Assembly: GCA_951406725.2 (NCBI GenBank)
Contig: OX597825.1
Span: 65,906,001-65,970,000 of the forward strand
Direction of reading: 5' to 3'
Source: Octopus vulgaris
Taxonomy: Eukaryota
DNA: 64,000 bases
Shown here: positions 61,396 through 64,000 of the stretch, piece after piece
Layout of the letters: the number at the start of each line of letters is the position of its first letter
Position numbering within the stretch: the stretch's first letter is position 1
The notes under the pieces: generated by a model
Databases searched by the model: none
Told to the model about the DNA's origin: nothing
What the model saw: the letters and a program-made list of their open reading frames with translations, nothing else
Made by a program: the position numbers and the translations under genes

Positions 61396-61595
61396 GAAGC
61401 ACATGAACTAGTGGTTAGAGCAGCGGATTCGCGGTCGAGGGATCGCGGGTTCGAATCTCAGACCGGGCGATGTGTGTGTTTATGAGCGAAACACCTAAGC
61501 TCCACGCGGCTCCGGCAGAAGGTAATGGTGAACTTTTGCTGGCTCTTTCGCCACAACTTTCTCTCACTCTTTTCTCCTGCATCTTGCAGCTCACT
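61396..61595 (+). mobile_element. tRNA-derived SINE, fourth family
   Basis: TAGTGGTTAGAGC (A box), GGGTTCGAATCTC (B box), followed by a non-tRNA body. Confidence 0.7.
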
Positions 61596-61648
61596 CATAT
61601 ATATATATGAGCGTGCATGTGTGTGTGCGCGTGCGTGTATATATATAT

Positions 61649-61689
<41 letters not shown>

Positions 61690-61827
61690 AACACACGTCT
61701 TATGTATTTGTTTAGCAAGAATCCTGATGTGAAATCGTTTGTTATACTTAGACATGGCCATATTTAGCCAATCAAACACATGCACAATATATTTAGTCTT
61801 CACTTCAACTTTATTATTATTATTATA

Positions 61828-61882
<55 letters not shown>

Positions 61883-62013
61883 ATTTTATTTTTATTTCAG
61901 TGTATTCCTCTCAGCTCTTTCGCCAAAGACAGTAAAATAATAAAACTGAAGAAAATACCAAGTATATAGTGCGTATGTTTAATTGGCAAATTATGACCAT
62001 CCCCAAGTAAAAC

Positions 62014-62118
<105 letters not shown>

Positions 62119-62125
62119 ATATGTG

Positions 62126-62345
62126 AAGGCCGCGAGCTGGCAGAAACGTTAGCACACCGGGCGAAATACATAGTGGCATTTCGTCTGTCTTTACGTTCTT
62201 AGTTCCAATACCGCCGAGGTCAGCTATGCCTTTCATCCTTTCGGAGTCGATAAATTAAGTACTAGTTGCATACTGGGGTCGATCTAATCGACTGACCACC
62301 TCCCTAAAAATTTCTGGCCTTGTGCCTATAGTAGAAAAGAATATG
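62126..62345 (+). mobile_element. Deu/Nin-type SINE, tail B
   Basis: GGCCGCGAGCTGGCAGAAACGTTAGCAC...GCCTTTCATCCTTTCGGAGTCGATAAATTAAGTAC...GGCCTTGTGCCTATAGTAGAAAAGAAT. Confidence 0.88.
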
Positions 62346-62820
62346 GGTCTGTGTGTATGTATGTATGTATGTATGTATGTATGTATGTATGTATGTATGT
62401 ATGTATGTGTATGTATGTATGTATGTATGTATGAATGTATGTATGTATTCATGTATGCATGCATGAATGCATACATGTTATAAATTTTCATGACGTCTAC
62501 AACATGATTTCTTATGAAGTCACGGGGGTAAGAATAAGCCTTCTGAATATAGATAGAGAAATTCGAAGTATTATGTTGATCCAATGGTAGAATGCCTCCC
62601 ATGTCTACTGGAGATGAGGGTTCGAGTTCCACGGGCAGTCTTTGACTTTTTCTATTCAAAAGGTTTTTTCAGCCAAATATTTACATATTATTCATAGCTT
62701 TATATGGTCCAGAAACCGCAGTCTCGAAAAGGAATTTTACAAATGTGCGTGTGTGTGTGTGTGTGTGTGTGTTATATGTGTGTGCGTGTGTCTGTATGTA
62801 TGTGTCTATGTGTGTGTGAA

Positions 62821-63000
62821 TCGCCATGATAGATCGTTAGCCACTACACACATTTTTTTCTCTCCTTGTTCTTTCTGTAGAAGAGCGTAGGCTCGAAACC
62901 TAAAAGACTATTTCTATTCCTGAGCGTTATACTAATGCATCTGTTTGTTTTGTACACCACCTGTCTTCGTCTTTTGTTTTTTTTTTGTAAACTCTCCCTA
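62821..63000 (+). mobile_element. Second copy of the variant-HHR short repeat
   Basis: TCTTT|CTGTAGA|A|GAGC-gtag-GCTC|GAAACCT|A|AAAGA at 62870-62907. Confidence 0.65.
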
Positions 63001-63001
63001 C

Positions 63002-63120
<119 letters not shown>

Positions 63121-63829
63121 TATACGTACGTATATATGTATCTATGTGTGTATGTATGTATGTATGTATGTTTATCACACTTAATGTAAATTCACCGTGA
63201 TAGGTAAGTTTATTTTGGTATTCGTTCGGAGAAAATATCTCTTCTGGATGCTTTGCTGCGTTTAACAAAACAACATATATCGGAAACAGACAAAAATCAC
63301 TCCCTGCAGCAGCAGATAAGAATATATTATATGCACAGTAAATTTGCTTTTAGCTAATATATTTACATTAAGCGCGAGACATAGATTGCTACTTTAATCC
63401 AATACTGCTTCTGTTGCATATAATTGATTCTTTTTTCAACCGGGCGGTATTTGCAGCATCAGTGATTGTTTTCCTTTATCGGTGGTCACAGATTACGGCT
63501 TAACATGCGGTTGGCTGAGAGAACATGGTAATGACCACGCCCAACCTATCATTTTCTATCATTTTCCCCAGCCGCTGCTAAGACGATTTTATTCCGCCTC
63601 CGGTATATTTTGTGTATGGAAACCCAGCAAGTCCATAAGAAATATTAGTTCCGGATGAATACAGCCGTAAACTTTCTTCTCGTGATGCATTTATATTAAG
63701 TGTGTCACACGGATGGAAAATTTAATCTAATTCTGCTCCGGTTGCATGCAATAGATATTTGTGTGGGTGTGTGGTTGTGTGTAGATAGATAGATGGATGG
63801 ATAGATAGATAGATAGATAGATAGATAGA

Positions 63830-63863
<34 letters not shown>

Positions 63864-63952
63864 TGGATGGATTGATAAATTGATAGATAGATAGATAAAT
63901 AGATAGATAGACAGACAGACAGACAGATAGACAGACAGACAGATAGATAGAT

Positions 63953-64000
<48 letters not shown>

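Noticed and set aside
62568-62640. tRNA-Gly-like sequence
   Set aside because: A/B-box remnants only, with no pairing acceptor or anticodon stems; likely a decayed SINE head or pseudogene.

Overview
Repeat-saturated, AT-rich eukaryotic DNA with no supportable host-gene exon, so probably intronic or intergenic. The SINE families and microsatellite load look like an octopus (coleoid cephalopod) genome; this is inferred from recognition, not searched. Almost every ORF in the track is a microsatellite artefact. Real content: (i) at least 4 tRNA-derived SINE families in many copies, some nested with clear TSDs; (ii) a 5'-truncated Neptune-type Penelope-like element (RT thumb + GIY-YIG, about 345 open codons); (iii) a deleted Ty3/gypsy copy, CR1-like and RTE LINE fragments, and a LINE 3' end sitting inside (GATA)n; (iv) mariner, Tc1, DD41D, hAT, two non-autonomous Helitrons and a MITE; (v) a ~1.6-1.8 kb tandem duplication that may be an assembly artefact, and a ~0.55 kb inverted duplication. 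The most striking hidden signal is about a dozen hammerhead-ribozyme (HHR) motifs, read by eye. They include a complete minimal HHR with a U3:A8 covariant core in the Penelope 3' repeat, a retrozyme-like 286-nt unit between two HHR sites, a two-copy CUGUNGA core variant, and a candidate non-circularly permuted HHR at 25121-25182 (-). All RNA folds are manual and none has been tested.
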